From NCBI RefSeq assembly GCF_964204865.1, contig NC_135254.1:24118001-24182000 (forward strand): a stretch of 64,000 bases of DNA, written 5' to 3'. Position 1 is the first letter of the stretch. Every line of letters starts with the position of its first letter. The stretch comes from Styela clava (taxonomy: Eukaryota). The position numbers and the translations under genes are program-made. The notes below the pieces were generated by a model that saw only the letters and a list, made by a program, of their open reading frames with translations, did no database searches and was not told the origin of the DNA. This document shows, piece by piece, positions 41,401-56,227 of this stretch.

Positions 41401-41465
41401 CCAGTTGTTCCACGGACAAACATGCACAGGACAAGTACGTCCAAGATTTTTCTCCGGAATATCAT
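38460..41465 (-). CDS. YHYH-family (PF14240-like) domain protein, signal peptide plus probable GPI-anchor signal, 287 aa
   Basis: Exons 41465-41291, 40148-39981, 39539-39417, 38944-38830, 38742-38460 (864 nt; phases 1,1,1,2 all consistent, GT-AG). Spliced protein has LTSSNGTP, LPPGIIGLTITGIPIYNP, LDGCWG...YYYN..P, LIGVALDGFPIYGP, LDECNG...GYRYH...FPYTIGCFRG, which are the characteristic blocks of YHYH proteins as I recall them; then a Cys-rich linker and hydrophobic C-terminus LCSIIYITLIQLCFISVSHFQ*. Confidence 0.88.
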
Positions 41466-42148
41466 TTGCAATCTTCAATGTTGTACATTCACTAGTAGCA
41501 AGTAACGATTAGTTGATGTCTTTTATTCACCTATCGTTAGCGCCGAAAGTCGATGATTTAGGTCTTAACAGATGATTATGTTTTCCTCAAACATGCTTGG
41601 GTAGTATCTTGACGCACGCCTATATATTATAACTGGCTATGGGCATAACTGGCATGCGATAGCAAAATAGAACTTTTCAAAATGCTAGTGGATGAGTCAT
41701 TCACTCACATCCTGAAACCTCGCAATTAGCCGAGATTGCCTGCATTTTCTCTCAAATAATTAGCATTTTGAAAATTCAATGCATTTATCTAATTCTAATA
41801 TATTTGAAAATATTACGAAATCAAGCTTTCTCAATATTTCATGCATGCCATCTGTTTCATGCTTTGAATAGAGTGGACAATTTACTGAATGATAAACTTT
41901 GTCGGTTGTATTAGGAATTTCAAAATTTAAAATAAATTTGTTTCGAATTGATGCAAATGAGTCTGGTATTATGGGTATCTTGCTTCAACAACAATTGGTT
42001 CAAAAACGTTTCCCCAGCCATTTTCGTTACCAATATATATGAAAAAGTTATTTCCGGTAAACGGACGTGATTGCACTGTTGCCTAGTAATAGGTAAACAC
42101 TGTTGACTGGCAATAAGAGATTGACAAAGTGAATTTTACTGTTTAAAT

Positions 42149-42215
42149 CAGTGTTTCCCAACCTTTCACCTCAGCGGACCGGTAACATCAAATAATATGG
42201 CCTCGCGCACCAGCA
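42149..42215 (+). mobile_element. left end of a hAT MITE (partner end not found)
   Basis: CAGTGTTTCCCAACCTTT..GCGGAC matches the TIR of the 47377-49008 element. Confidence 0.5.
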
Positions 42216-42834
42216 ACAAAATATTAAAATGACACACGAGCATGAAATTTAAATAGGAAAGAACATGAACAAGGTCACAGATAGACGCATTTTTGGTTGT
42301 AATTTGATATGAATTAACCTTAAAAATTAAAACCGTTAGGGAATAACTACAACACGCTTGATATTTTTGTTTAAGAATTGTTTATTTTGTTGTCCGAGTA
42401 CGATAATACTCATGTAACATTGTTCACTATTATGACTAAAACACGCTTGTAGAAATTTCAGGTTTATACACTTGTGAGATATTACAAAACGCTTTCGGAA
42501 CTTCAAAAGTGAAAAGCGTGATCATTCAGCGGTTAAAACATTGCCTATTAGTCGGACTATTAATTCCACTCTTATCAAACATCCATTATATAATGGCTAT
42601 GATCTGATTTATATTTAAATTTCCGAAACACAACCAAAACTAACGAATAGATTTTAAAAACGCGAAAACGAGGTAATGTTTACGACCGCGCCCAAAAGCT
42701 GTCTGAGTGAGAAAAGTGTCTGAGCGGATGCGAAAAAGAACATTGTTACGTCACTTTTTGCATCTTGCTGATTGGCCAGTTTCACTAAGTATACAAGGAA
42801 GTCGATGCTCGGAGAAAGGTTCATAAGATCCATA

Positions 42835-45560
42835 AGAGGACTTGCACGGGTCACGTGACTTTGTTTACTGAACGGCAAAAAAACAAAAACGTCCATTTGG
42901 CTCCTGTCAGTTGCAAGTCGGATTATACGTTTCCGTTTTGTTTGGCTGTTGAAAATGGTTATTTCGTATTGTTCCGTTGGCTGTACGTATGGTATAAAGT
43001 ATAGACAACGAAATGAATCTTCAGTTATATTCCACTGTTTTCAAAAGATCCGGAACGTCGCGCAATGTGGATATCATCTATTGGCAGGACTGCTTGGTGT
43101 CAAGTCCAGAAGTCATCTCGCTTGATTTTCACTGTTTGCGAACAGCACTTCGTTGATGGTGAGTGAAAATGTGCCGTTATCAATTTTTTTTAAATATTCA
43201 AGAGCTTCCTAATTTCAATGGAAAGCAGATGACAAACTACTGTTATTGGTAGGACTAAGCGTAGACCTACTTGCTGACTTGACTTGTGTAAGGAATTAAT
43301 CATCAATTGCCATAAGGTATTGTTTCCCTAGTTAGCAGGTAATCTATTAGTAAGTGTGAAAAGTTGAATAGATAACTAAAGTTTAACCGTAAATATATAT
43401 TACTACGTTTAACGCCAGTGATCATGCAAAAAATAACCAGAATTCAATTGAATTTGCCATCTAGGAATACGCTCGCCACCGCATCTCCGATCATCCTGGT
43501 AGTTTCACAGGTTCCAATCCCATGCGGGGATAGTTATGTGCGAGAGGATTGCAGCTCTCCTCCCATTGAGGATGGTTCACACGACCGCTTGTCGATCCCG
43601 ACATCCCCCACCATCAAGTCCATGCTTCCGAAAACAAATAACTTGCTAACTAATCCCGACATAGAATGGTAATCGTACGATGTTGCATCTTGCAATCCCT
43701 CTCCCCAGATAAATCCTCTCCTAAAAACTACCGACACTGGTAGGCATATTTGCGTTTTAAATTGAAAGAAATCTTCCTTTATGGTCAGAAGGTGTTGTCT
43801 GATTGTTTTGTTAGTTAGCAGGTAATCTATTACTGATCTGATTCACAAACTTGGCACTGTCAAATGATGATTAGTGTTTAATTTCTTTGTAGGAAAATGG
43901 AAAAATAACCCATTATCAGCTGCTTATGTCCCATCAATATTTGAATTTTCGCCATCCCCAGAGAGGTAAAGGGGGATTTCAGAGAAAGACAAAACGCAGG
44001 ACCATTTCAACAAATTCTGTTAACTTGTATGCGTTGCAATATCACTTTGCAGTTGTTAGCATAAACATGTAATGTGTCTTTCGACTAGACCTACCACACT
44101 TTAAAAGAAGCCGTCTATACCCATTTTCACTAGACTAGAACCATAACACTGTAAAATATTTGATAGAAATGACCCCTAAGGCATCATATCTTCCATTTGA
44201 AAGGGCTGTGAAGGCAGATACATTTTTTACTCTAAATTATGGAATGTTACTTCCAGGTTATCTTATCCTTGCTTATAGATATCTAGATGTTAGTGACTCC
44301 AACTGACCCATGCATGACACACTGAAAATTCTCTTGTGTACCGATAAAATTAAGCAGTTGGAGCCTTCAGACCTTGAAAACAGTCGAATCTGTGCACGAT
44401 GGATTCATGTGAAACACGTAATATGCATTTATAAGCAAAAATATTCCATCTTGAGCACCACCGATCCACAACCTCCTGCATACGGAATCAAAACATTAGA
44501 TAAATTGGTGTAGGCTACTGTGCGCATTCACAAATCTTTGAGAATCAAGTGTGCCTTTTGACTAAGGAAAATTTAGCATTGAAATGGTCAATCTTAATAT
44601 AAACCTGGTATCTGCAGATAAAACCAATTGTTTTTTAAAAATACATTTTTGATGTGCTTTATTTTTTAAATATGATTTATAATTACTGTAAAGTGTGTGA
44701 TGCACTTGGTACCATGAATACCATTTGCAAATTAGCTTGTGTTACTTACACCCCTCTCAAATAAAAGTTTGGACTCTTAAGTCATATCTCATAATATTCT
44801 TTAAACAAAAGGTTGCGGCTAGCCGGCTACCCATCAGAATTTTTTTTCAGATCACAAAGTCGCAATATTACGCCTCGCCAAGTTCCATTGGCAACTGTAT
44901 TTGGTTGTAGTATCGTTGTCCAACTTTAGACTGAAACCCTCACTATCAGACCCACCAAAACATAAAAAAATTCTTGATAGGGTCGTATTGAAGTTGCTTT
45001 CGTTCAAGCACAATGAACACTTTATCTCCACCAATCCACAGTAATCACAAGTTACTTTGTCATTTCGATAAGCATCAATAAATGGATACTGAGGATGTAT
45101 TATCAAGTCACGCAAGCTGAGGTCTTGTGCCACTATGGTCTTGTTGCAACTTAGATCTTGCCATCCATCTATTCCATGGTCGCACCCATGTCTGTAAGAT
45201 AATGGATACAGATTCATTCGATATCATGATTCTGCACTAGCTTTGTATTAATTGTAGAGTTTTCATAAAATCTAACGATCAGGTGGTGTGAAATTTATGT
45301 CCATATCCCACCACAAAGACTAGTCGTAAATAAATTTGATTCCGGGTAGCATATCTTTTTTACCAATGACAATAAAAAGACATTTTGGGTTATAGTCCGG
45401 CAAATAAGGGGACCTTTTTGGCCCAATTTTGATTTCAGACATAAAGTTTTTTTTATTTGTGATTGTTCATCTTGGGGTCATTGCCCATCATTTCTACATG
45501 GGTGTGGAGTTTGCAGCCTTGAGCAATTTATTTTACGGCTCGATATTTGTATTAGTGTTT
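42835..45560 (+). mobile_element. decayed ISL2EU/Harbinger-clade (PHIS) DNA transposon: THAP + DDE_Tnp_4 transposase (+) and convergent YqaJ-like exonuclease ORF (-)
   Basis: End AGAGGACTTGCACGGGTCACGTGAC at 42835; THAP exon 42955-43158 (MVISYCSVGC..FHCF/KDPERRAMWISSIGR..VCEQHFVD) splicing to 43893 (GKWKNNPLSAAYVPSIF); DDE fragments NHNTVKYLIEMTP (~44140), LLPGYLILAYR, and ORF 44310-44513 (KQLEPSDLENSR..WIHVKHVI..KQKYSIL); minus-strand 44852-45217 HPQYPFIDA..DKVTCDYCGLVEIKC = YqaJ/PD-(D/E)xK motif. Many stops and frameshifts. Confidence 0.8.
43461..43725 (+). mobile_element. older 5'-truncated SINE copy in the THAP intron
   Basis: TAGGAATACGCTCGCCACCGCA...AGGTTCCAATCCCATGCGGGGA...AAATCCTCTCCTAAA matches the SINE at 50525-50893. 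Confidence 0.85.
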
Positions 45561-45571
45561 TTCGTCAAACC

Positions 45572-45648
45572 TGCACATCATAATGACGCACAACCTGAAC
45601 CATAACCTGTTACAATACTATGTTCAGGTCGTGCGCAATCTTGGTGCA
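45572..45648. repeat. short degenerate palindromic MITE related to the 11785-12020 family
   Basis: TGCACATCATAATGACGCACAACCTGAACCATA / TATGTTCAGGTCGTGCGCAATCTTGGTGCA imperfect inverted repeat. Confidence 0.5.
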
Positions 45649-47376
45649 CAAACTACGCAAGCACCAAATTTACTAGGAAATAAAATCAATAACTTTTAGG
45701 TATTTGTTGAGCCCAGCTTTGGGTCCCGACCCATATACAGTATACGAAAATACTGTCGAAACATACGCGTAAAATAAATAGTACTATTTCAAAATACCCG
45801 TTTTTGTTGCAATTAACAATACAAGCCTGCTAATGCAGTCGCCAGTGGTTCAAGTGGATATACACCCGTGGAGAACAGTCAATTATTTGTTAGCGAGAAT
45901 TGTTATGCAGCGGGATGATCACGACGACGCAGTGAAAGATAATGATATCACGAGAACAAGAATGAGAAACTTGCTACATTTTATAGTATATCCCTGGGAA
46001 AGAATGTAGTTCATTCTTATGTTCCATGCCAATGCTTTTCAAACTACCAAAGACACTCAACACTTTTGCTTCTTCTCTTCTATAAAAATATATTGTTATT
46101 ATATATTCGCTTTTCCATCTGTTTGTTCGTGCTCCCAGATAAACGATCAGCGGCCTCCAAGGAGGACGGGGTCCCCTTTTAAGAAACCCTGTCATAAACT
46201 AAAAGAGGCGACCGTGCTTCTCTTGCCTGTTGTCATGCTGTCCCTGGAATTCAGCTACAACAAAAATTTCACGAGAATGGATTTTTAAATTTTATGATTT
46301 TATTAATATTGTCAATGATATACGGGTGGTAAAATGTCAAGTTATTCCAACAACATGATCATGTTTTGCAATTTACAACCAATATTTTGTATGTAACTTT
46401 GTTTGACAGAGCCCAAGAGCTCTAACTACAAATATCAAAAATGTGAGGCCAGAAAAGTCACATTAAAAGTACAACATTGTCAAATGTGCTGTATTTACGA
46501 TAGATAACAGGTTTACCAAAAATAATTACATGAAAAATGGTAAAATAAAGATCAATTCAGCAATATCTACTTGGTGATATGCATATGTTGATGATTTTAT
46601 ATGTTTGTTTCGGAAGTTTAATAACAGAATTAATTGTGGTTGTTGGGTATGTTTTAAAAAAAGGTAGCATGGAAAAAAGTTTACACAAAATGTCAAGGTT
46701 TGATAGTAGTAGAGAAGTAGAAAAAATACTCCCATGTTTTTTTTCATTTGAAAACCACGCCACAGAACTTCCCCGATAAGTATACGCAGCAATTGCTAGA
46801 GGCAGAAATGCCAAGATGGGATTTCATCGCATTGCAAACCAAAATTAGCAATTCTTATTCGCGCATTCCCATCTGAACAGCGTGGAAAAGATTATACCCA
46901 TCTACACACTTTAAGAACTATGTCAGATGAGCGTCATATTATCGAATATCAGGAAAGGAATAGTGCAATGGGAAAAAACATATAAGGCGGAACTTTCAGT
47001 AGTATGTAATCAAATAATCTTATTGTAGAATATATATATATATTTCAACATTTCGTCACGCCAACTGCAGTCCGAAACTTTTTGTCTCTGGCTGAGCTTA
47101 GATACCAATTGGCACTCATGTAAACTGATAGAACTGTAAGAGGCACGCGATGGAGCAGATACTAAGAGTATCCATCCCCCAGCTGTCATTTGAGTGGGTA
47201 CTGCTGTTTTTATTGCAGATGTTACTGGTCTTTTGGATCAAAGATTTACTGGCATCACCGATTTAAGGATGTTGGAAACCATCACGCAATATTACAAAAC
47301 TTACTTTCAACACGCGGTTTGAATGAATGAAAAAGCTGAAACTAGTATTCTTTAGAACAGCATACAAATTCTATAG

Positions 47377-49008
47377 CAGCGTTTCCCAACCTTTTTTGGT
47401 CGCGGACTATTTTCTCACTTGCGAAAACCTTTGCGGACTCAACGTGAGTTCATTGCATCCGTACTCTGTGTGAAGAAATAATAAAACCAAACACAACAGA
47501 AATTTTCCGAACTTCAAAATCGGAAATGCTACGCAATTACGCCTTTGTTAAAAGGGCCGACTTCTTTAGTGTATAAATGGCCTTTTCTGTCGCACAATAT
47601 TCAATCCTTGACAACGACAAGAATTTAAAATGTGTTCCTATTTTAATTTAATTGTGTTCATGGTCACTGGTGGTTGCGTTGACTTGTGACAAGATGAAAG
47701 CATTACTTCTTTTAAATGCCACGGCAATCTGCGAACATAATAATGTGAGATTAAATTGCCCGGTTATATTTAGTTTTGATATAAATTATTTGCGATCTTG
47801 GGAATTTGTTATCGCCGTTAGAAAATCCTACTATCTTCTATAAATTTCTAGAAAGTACAACTTGATTTAGTACTTATTAAAAATATAATTAGTATATTAG
47901 TAAATAAAAATAAAAAATATTCATCGCCTTGCTTTAATATTAATTTAATTGTGATCATTTTACTTTGCGATTCGTATTTTTGTGAATTCGACAAATATGA
48001 GCTGTTCGTACAACAGTGAAGCTGGAGTCGGCAACATTTTGCCGCTCGCAGGCCAAAATTAAAGGCTGCAAGTCATTGGCGGGCCGCGCATATTTTTAGA
48101 AAGTTGAAAGCCGGGCGTATGGCCAATGAATCACATTTTTTCATGCAGATCAGAAGTTAAATTTTGAGGTCCCGAAGACTGACCATTTGGATATTGAACC
48201 AATTGCACTTAGCGTTCAAGTTTTCTGCGTTTCGTTGCCATTGAATGCCTAATTATAATTAAATTATAGACTCATTCAACGAGTAATTGTGAATTATATA
48301 CTTGTTAGGTTATGATATAATTTAGTCTAAACGTGCCGCAAAATAAATTCTGTCACGTAAAGAATATAATCGTAAAAACAGCTGTTTTGTTACTATAATT
48401 CAGAAGAGCGTCGCGGGCCTGATTATATTGCCCGCGAGCCGTAGGTCGCGGACCCTGCAGTAAAGCAAAGAAGTCTGAGGGAAATGCCCTGATACGAATA
48501 CTACGGTAGCACCCGAAATATTGGAATTTGCAACATGTCTGAAAAAGCGTTTTTAAAAAACTTATGGTGTTTTTTTCAGTTTTATTTTCAGTATTTTGTA
48601 TTGCCGCTTTTCAATTTAGAAAATTTAGGTTGCCACCATTGACACCTACCAGAAAAATTATTCCTCGAACAACAACGACTAAATCCAATCGTTTGATTAA
48701 ACGACGCGATGGTGACCTGTCGCGTCACTTGTTACCAAACTTTCGAATAATAAATTGCTATTCTAATAATTGAATATTCGAATATATGCCAAGCCTTACT
48801 CATTCAGTATCCAGAAATTATTGACTCAATTAATCTTATATAAATGAATTTGCTTCTTATATTTTATGTAAATTCTAAGGTAAATCGTGGCTGATGGTTA
48901 GGTTTCGCAAAAACGTTTGCTCCCGCAGTGAATTTATGGCTCGTTGCGGACTCATTCAAACGCTCCGCGGACTCATTTGAGACCGCGGACTCGGGTTGGG
49001 AAACACTG
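47377..49008. mobile_element. non-autonomous hAT element, 1.63 kb
   Basis: TIRs CAGCGTTTCCCAACC / GGTTGGGAAACACTG; exact 8-bp TSD TTCTATAG (47369-47376 / 49009-49016); repeated subterminal GCGGAC motifs. Confidence 0.9.
48022..48457. mobile_element. hAT MITE nested inside the 47377-49008 element
   Basis: Degenerate TIRs CTGGAGTCGGCAAC / GTCGCGGACCCTG, TSD CAGTGAAG (48014-48021) / CAGTAAAG (48458-48465), GCGGGCC subterminal motifs. Confidence 0.7.
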
Positions 49009-49615
49009 TTCTATAGAATGAAATCATACACAAAAGCTCGTCAAAAACCTATAGCTCAATAATCAAGTGGAATTTGATGCATGTGCGCAAAAATGTGCGC
49101 GTTACTACGTGCAAACAAAGCACGCAGGAAAATGTGTGTGATGTACTAGTATTCAAAACGTTTGACTCAACTATGTTGGCATAACAGGTGCACATCTCGG
49201 TTTCGCATACGCATACCTTCTATCTCCACAAGGATATATTAAATTTGCCAAAGTCAATGCAGCACTGAAAGGTTGCGGTTCTTCCAAAAGAAAACACGTT
49301 ACACATCTTTAGTGGGTGGTTTTACATGGCCTTGTTCAGAGTGAAAGACGGGGTCAAATATTCCAATCCAATTCAACTAATAAAATATTTCCCAAGTACC
49401 TAAGCTTAAACTAGGAAAACGAAATGCGCGCGGCAACGCAAATGTAGTTTGAAGAGCGCAATAGAAAGTGGCTAGATGTCGATAGATGTTGGCTTGTATT
49501 AGTGAAATAAACTACCATTTATTCTACTAAAATTGAATTTCTGACATTGTAAGGAGTTTCAATGTTACTATGTATGCAATCCATGAAATAATAGTTTTTA
49601 ACGAAAAGGCGCTCC

Positions 49616-49709
49616 TGAAGTATTCGTACCAAGATGGCGCACAACCTGAAAATTGTATGTTTACCAGGTTAGGGTTCAGGATGTGCGTCATCTTGGATCG
49701 AATACTTCA
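49616..49709. repeat. short palindromic MITE related to the Merlin-like family
   Basis: TGAAGTATTCGTACCAAGATGGCGCACAACCTGAA / TTCAGGATGTGCGTCATCTTGGATCGAATACTTCA; internal CCAGGTTAGGGTT as in 11785-12020. Confidence 0.65.
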
Positions 49710-49873
49710 ATAAATCCTCTTAAAAAGAATTGCTCAACATTATATACTCCACACCCACCTGGGTATCATTATATATGTCATATACATTATATCTAAACAA
49801 TAAAAAAAACGTTATGTCCCAAAACAATGTTAAGGCCGATTCTGCCGGACTAGTTATTAGTTGTACAAGCAAC

Positions 49874-51162
49874 TTTAGGATAGGATTTATCTGGGGGGAG
49901 GATTGCAGGTGCAATAACTAAATCATATGGCGAACCACAGTCTCTCATACGATTACCATTCTATGTTGGGATTAGTTAGCCAGTTATTTGTTTTCAGAAG
50001 CATGGACTTGGATGGTGGGGGATGGTCGTAACCGATCAGCGGTCGTGTGAACCACCCTCAGTGGGAGTAGAGCTGCAATCCTCTTGCACATAACTATCCC
50101 CGCATGGGATTGGAACCTGTGAAACTACCAGGGTAATCAGAGATGCGGTGGCGAGAGTATTCCTAAATGGCGAATTCAATTGAATTCTGGTTATTTTTTG
50201 CATGACCACCGGTGTTAAACTTTAGTTATTTATTCAACCTTTCACACTTAGTAATAGATTACCCGCTAACTAGGGAAACAATACCTCATGGCAATTGATG
50301 ATTAATTCCCTACACAAGTCAAGCCAGCAAGTAGGCCTACGCCTAGGCCTACCAATAACAGTAGTTTGTCATCTGCTTTCCATTGAAATGAGGGAGCTTA
50401 TGAATATTTAAAATAATTGATAACGGCACATTATCACTCACCATCAACGAAGTGCTGTCCGCAAACAGTGAAACACAAGCGAGATGATTTCTGGACTTGA
50501 CACCAAGCAGTCCTGCCAATAGATTGGCGCGGCGGTGTGGCTCAACGGGCTAAGCGTTAGGAATACGCTCGCCACCGCACCTCTAATTACTCTGCGTGGG
50601 TTCGCAGGTTCGAATCCCATGCAGGGATGGTTATGTGCGAGAAGATTGCTAGACTCCTCGACGTCGTTAGGTGGTTCACGTAACGGCTGGTCGGTTACGG
50701 CTTCCTCCACCACCAAGTCCATGCTTCCGAAAGAAAACAATATAACTAATCCCATACCCGACTTGGAATGGTAACCGGACGAGAGGCCGTGGTTCGCCAT
50801 ATGGATAAGCCGTCTTATTGGCTTCCCACCCCCCCCAACCCCCCCCCCCCCCCCCCCCCCCCGGGATGAACATGTAAATCCTATCCTAAATCCTAGATGA
50901 TATCCACATTGCGCGACGTTCCGGATCTTTTGAAAACAGTGGAATATAACTGAAGATCCATTTCGTTGTCCATATCTATACTATACGTACAGCGGTATGT
51001 TAGTCGTTGACGTACAGCCAACGGAACAATACGAAATAACCATTTCAACAGCCAAACAAAACGAAAACGTATAATCCGTCTTGCAACTGACAGGAGCCAA
51101 ATAGACGTTTTTGTTTTTTTGCCGTCCAGTAAACAAAGTCACGTGACCCGTGCAAATCCTCT
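49874..51162 (-). repeat. inverted copy of the first ~0.9 kb of the ISL2EU-like element (end + THAP exon + intron + old SINE), interrupted by a younger SINE
   Basis: Reverse complement aligns continuously to 42835-43725 once 50525-50898 is removed; THAP ATG at 51043 on minus. Confidence 0.9.
50525..50893 (+). mobile_element. full-length tRNA-derived SINE
   Basis: Pol III A box TGGCTCAACGG (50538-50548), B box GGTTCGAATCC (50607-50617), 3' simple-repeat tail ATCCTATCCTAAATCC; TSD TAGAT (50520-50524 / 50894-50898); the empty site is visible in the paralogous arm at ~43070-43090. Confidence 0.92.
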
Positions 51163-51241
51163 ATACCGGTAACCTTGATTTGCTCACAAAATCTGGCAAC
51201 TGCTGCTATGAAATTGACATATTTTCGCTACAACGATAATT

Positions 51242-51252
51242 CATCCTTTTCT
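51242..51252 (+). promoter_or_regulatory. polypyrimidine (TCT/5'TOP) initiator of RPL12
   Basis: CATCCTTTTCT about 115 nt upstream of the RPL12 ATG; typical of ribosomal-protein gene start sites. Confidence 0.6.
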
Positions 51253-51362
51253 ATGCCGGTACTAGCTGGGAAGGTGCAACTTCGAAAGGTCGGTTAAAAC
51301 TTTAGCCATCCACACCAGTATCCAAAGTAATCAGGCGTATATTTTGCGTCAAAATTATAAAG

Positions 51363-54745
<3,383 letters not shown>

Positions 54746-54795
54746 AGTGAAGGACGGCTGTTCATCTTTATCTCCTTTAGGTGGGCATGAAGTGT

Positions 54796-54815
54796 AATAA
54801 ATTTATTACAATAAA
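54796..54815 (+). terminator. polyadenylation signals of RPL12
   Basis: AATAAA at 54796-54801 and 54810-54815, 50-70 nt after the stop codon. Confidence 0.7.
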
Positions 54816-56227
54816 AAAACACCAAATGTCTGATTTTCTTATGTTTGGCTGGGGTGCAGTATGAAACACAATGACAGTCATCGTGAAACGTATATAACAT
54901 GACGCCTATTCTTTCAGTTGTTCCGGCAAACTTTATATTATGTCATTAGTGCTGAGAAATTGCTTTCAATGGGCGGCATGATAAATGTACTGTGGACATG
55001 GCCCGTTACATTTTGTTATTTGCTAATGTCTATACCTTGGCTTCTAGGGAAATGTATGATATATCTATCCATTGAGGTTAGAGGAGTAAATTATTGACAA
55101 GTTGAACTTTGTGAGAAATTCGTAGGGGTTGACATGAGATAACCTCGATTCGAAATTTGCATGCGGTAATCACACTTAACGATAGTGCTGCCTAATTTCA
55201 TTCGCCGAAATAGAAGCCATGAAAAGAAACTCACGGAAAAATTTTTTTGGTGGATTTAATTCTATATATAATTTGTGACGCTTAGCTTTGGTAGAAAAAG
55301 CTCTTGAGCGCCAACAGCTTTTGCAACTGAGTGAGCTCCGAAGCAAAGAGCCTCCCAATGTAAATAAGAATTTGGTTTGAGAACTCACTCCGTCCGACGA
55401 TGGTGTATTGCAGTGGTTTCCAAATTTTTTTCCGCGATTCCTGTTTACGTAAAATCCAAAATTGCAGATATTCGCGATATCATAACAAACAAAAAAAGTT
55501 CAGCAGTTTCAAAAATCAGTGAATCCTATTTAATTGCCTTAATGATAACAATGCGCTTGCATATGGTCTTAAGTTTCTGGAAACTTGCTATTTCATGAAA
55601 AGCATAGACAGAGGATTTATTCACGGTAGTAATTACTTTCATGACCTTTACTCGTGCTGATGGCGCTTCAATTTACGTTAAAAATATTCTACAGGTTTAT
55701 CGGCGCGTAGTTTTATTTTTGCAATGATTATACTTATTCTTTTGAAAGAATTTTCCCCCAGACAACACACTTCGTTCGGCTTACAATATATATCAGCGAA
55801 TCCAAGAAATTTCTCGAAGTTTTTGTTTATATCCATGTATTGGTGGTATCGATACTCTTCTATTTTGAGTTAATTAGAAATGTAAGTAACTGCGAACTTC
55901 GAAAAATTAGCAAATCTGCCGGTAAGCGTAACAGTATCTGGTATGTTAGTCGTTGATCTGGACATATATATATATAGTCGGCCGATCACGGTTGTCCGTG
56001 GTGCGGTAAATTTATTCACGAACCCCCACCTACATTTCAACAAAAGTCACTAGTTACTTCTTTCCCCTGGGGCAAAGTTTTATCCAAGCATGTGGCTCAC
56101 CAAGCCAACGAATATGGTATGACACAATGCCTAAATTCCAAGCCATATATACAACCCACATAAGTTCAATACATCTCTTCCCAAATCTTATTCAGACATG
56201 GAAATCGGCAATTAAAATAGTATAGAA

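Noticed and set aside
50525-50630. Possible tRNA gene
   Set aside because: A and B boxes are present but there is no proper cloverleaf; it continues into a SINE body with a TSD and has other copies in the window.
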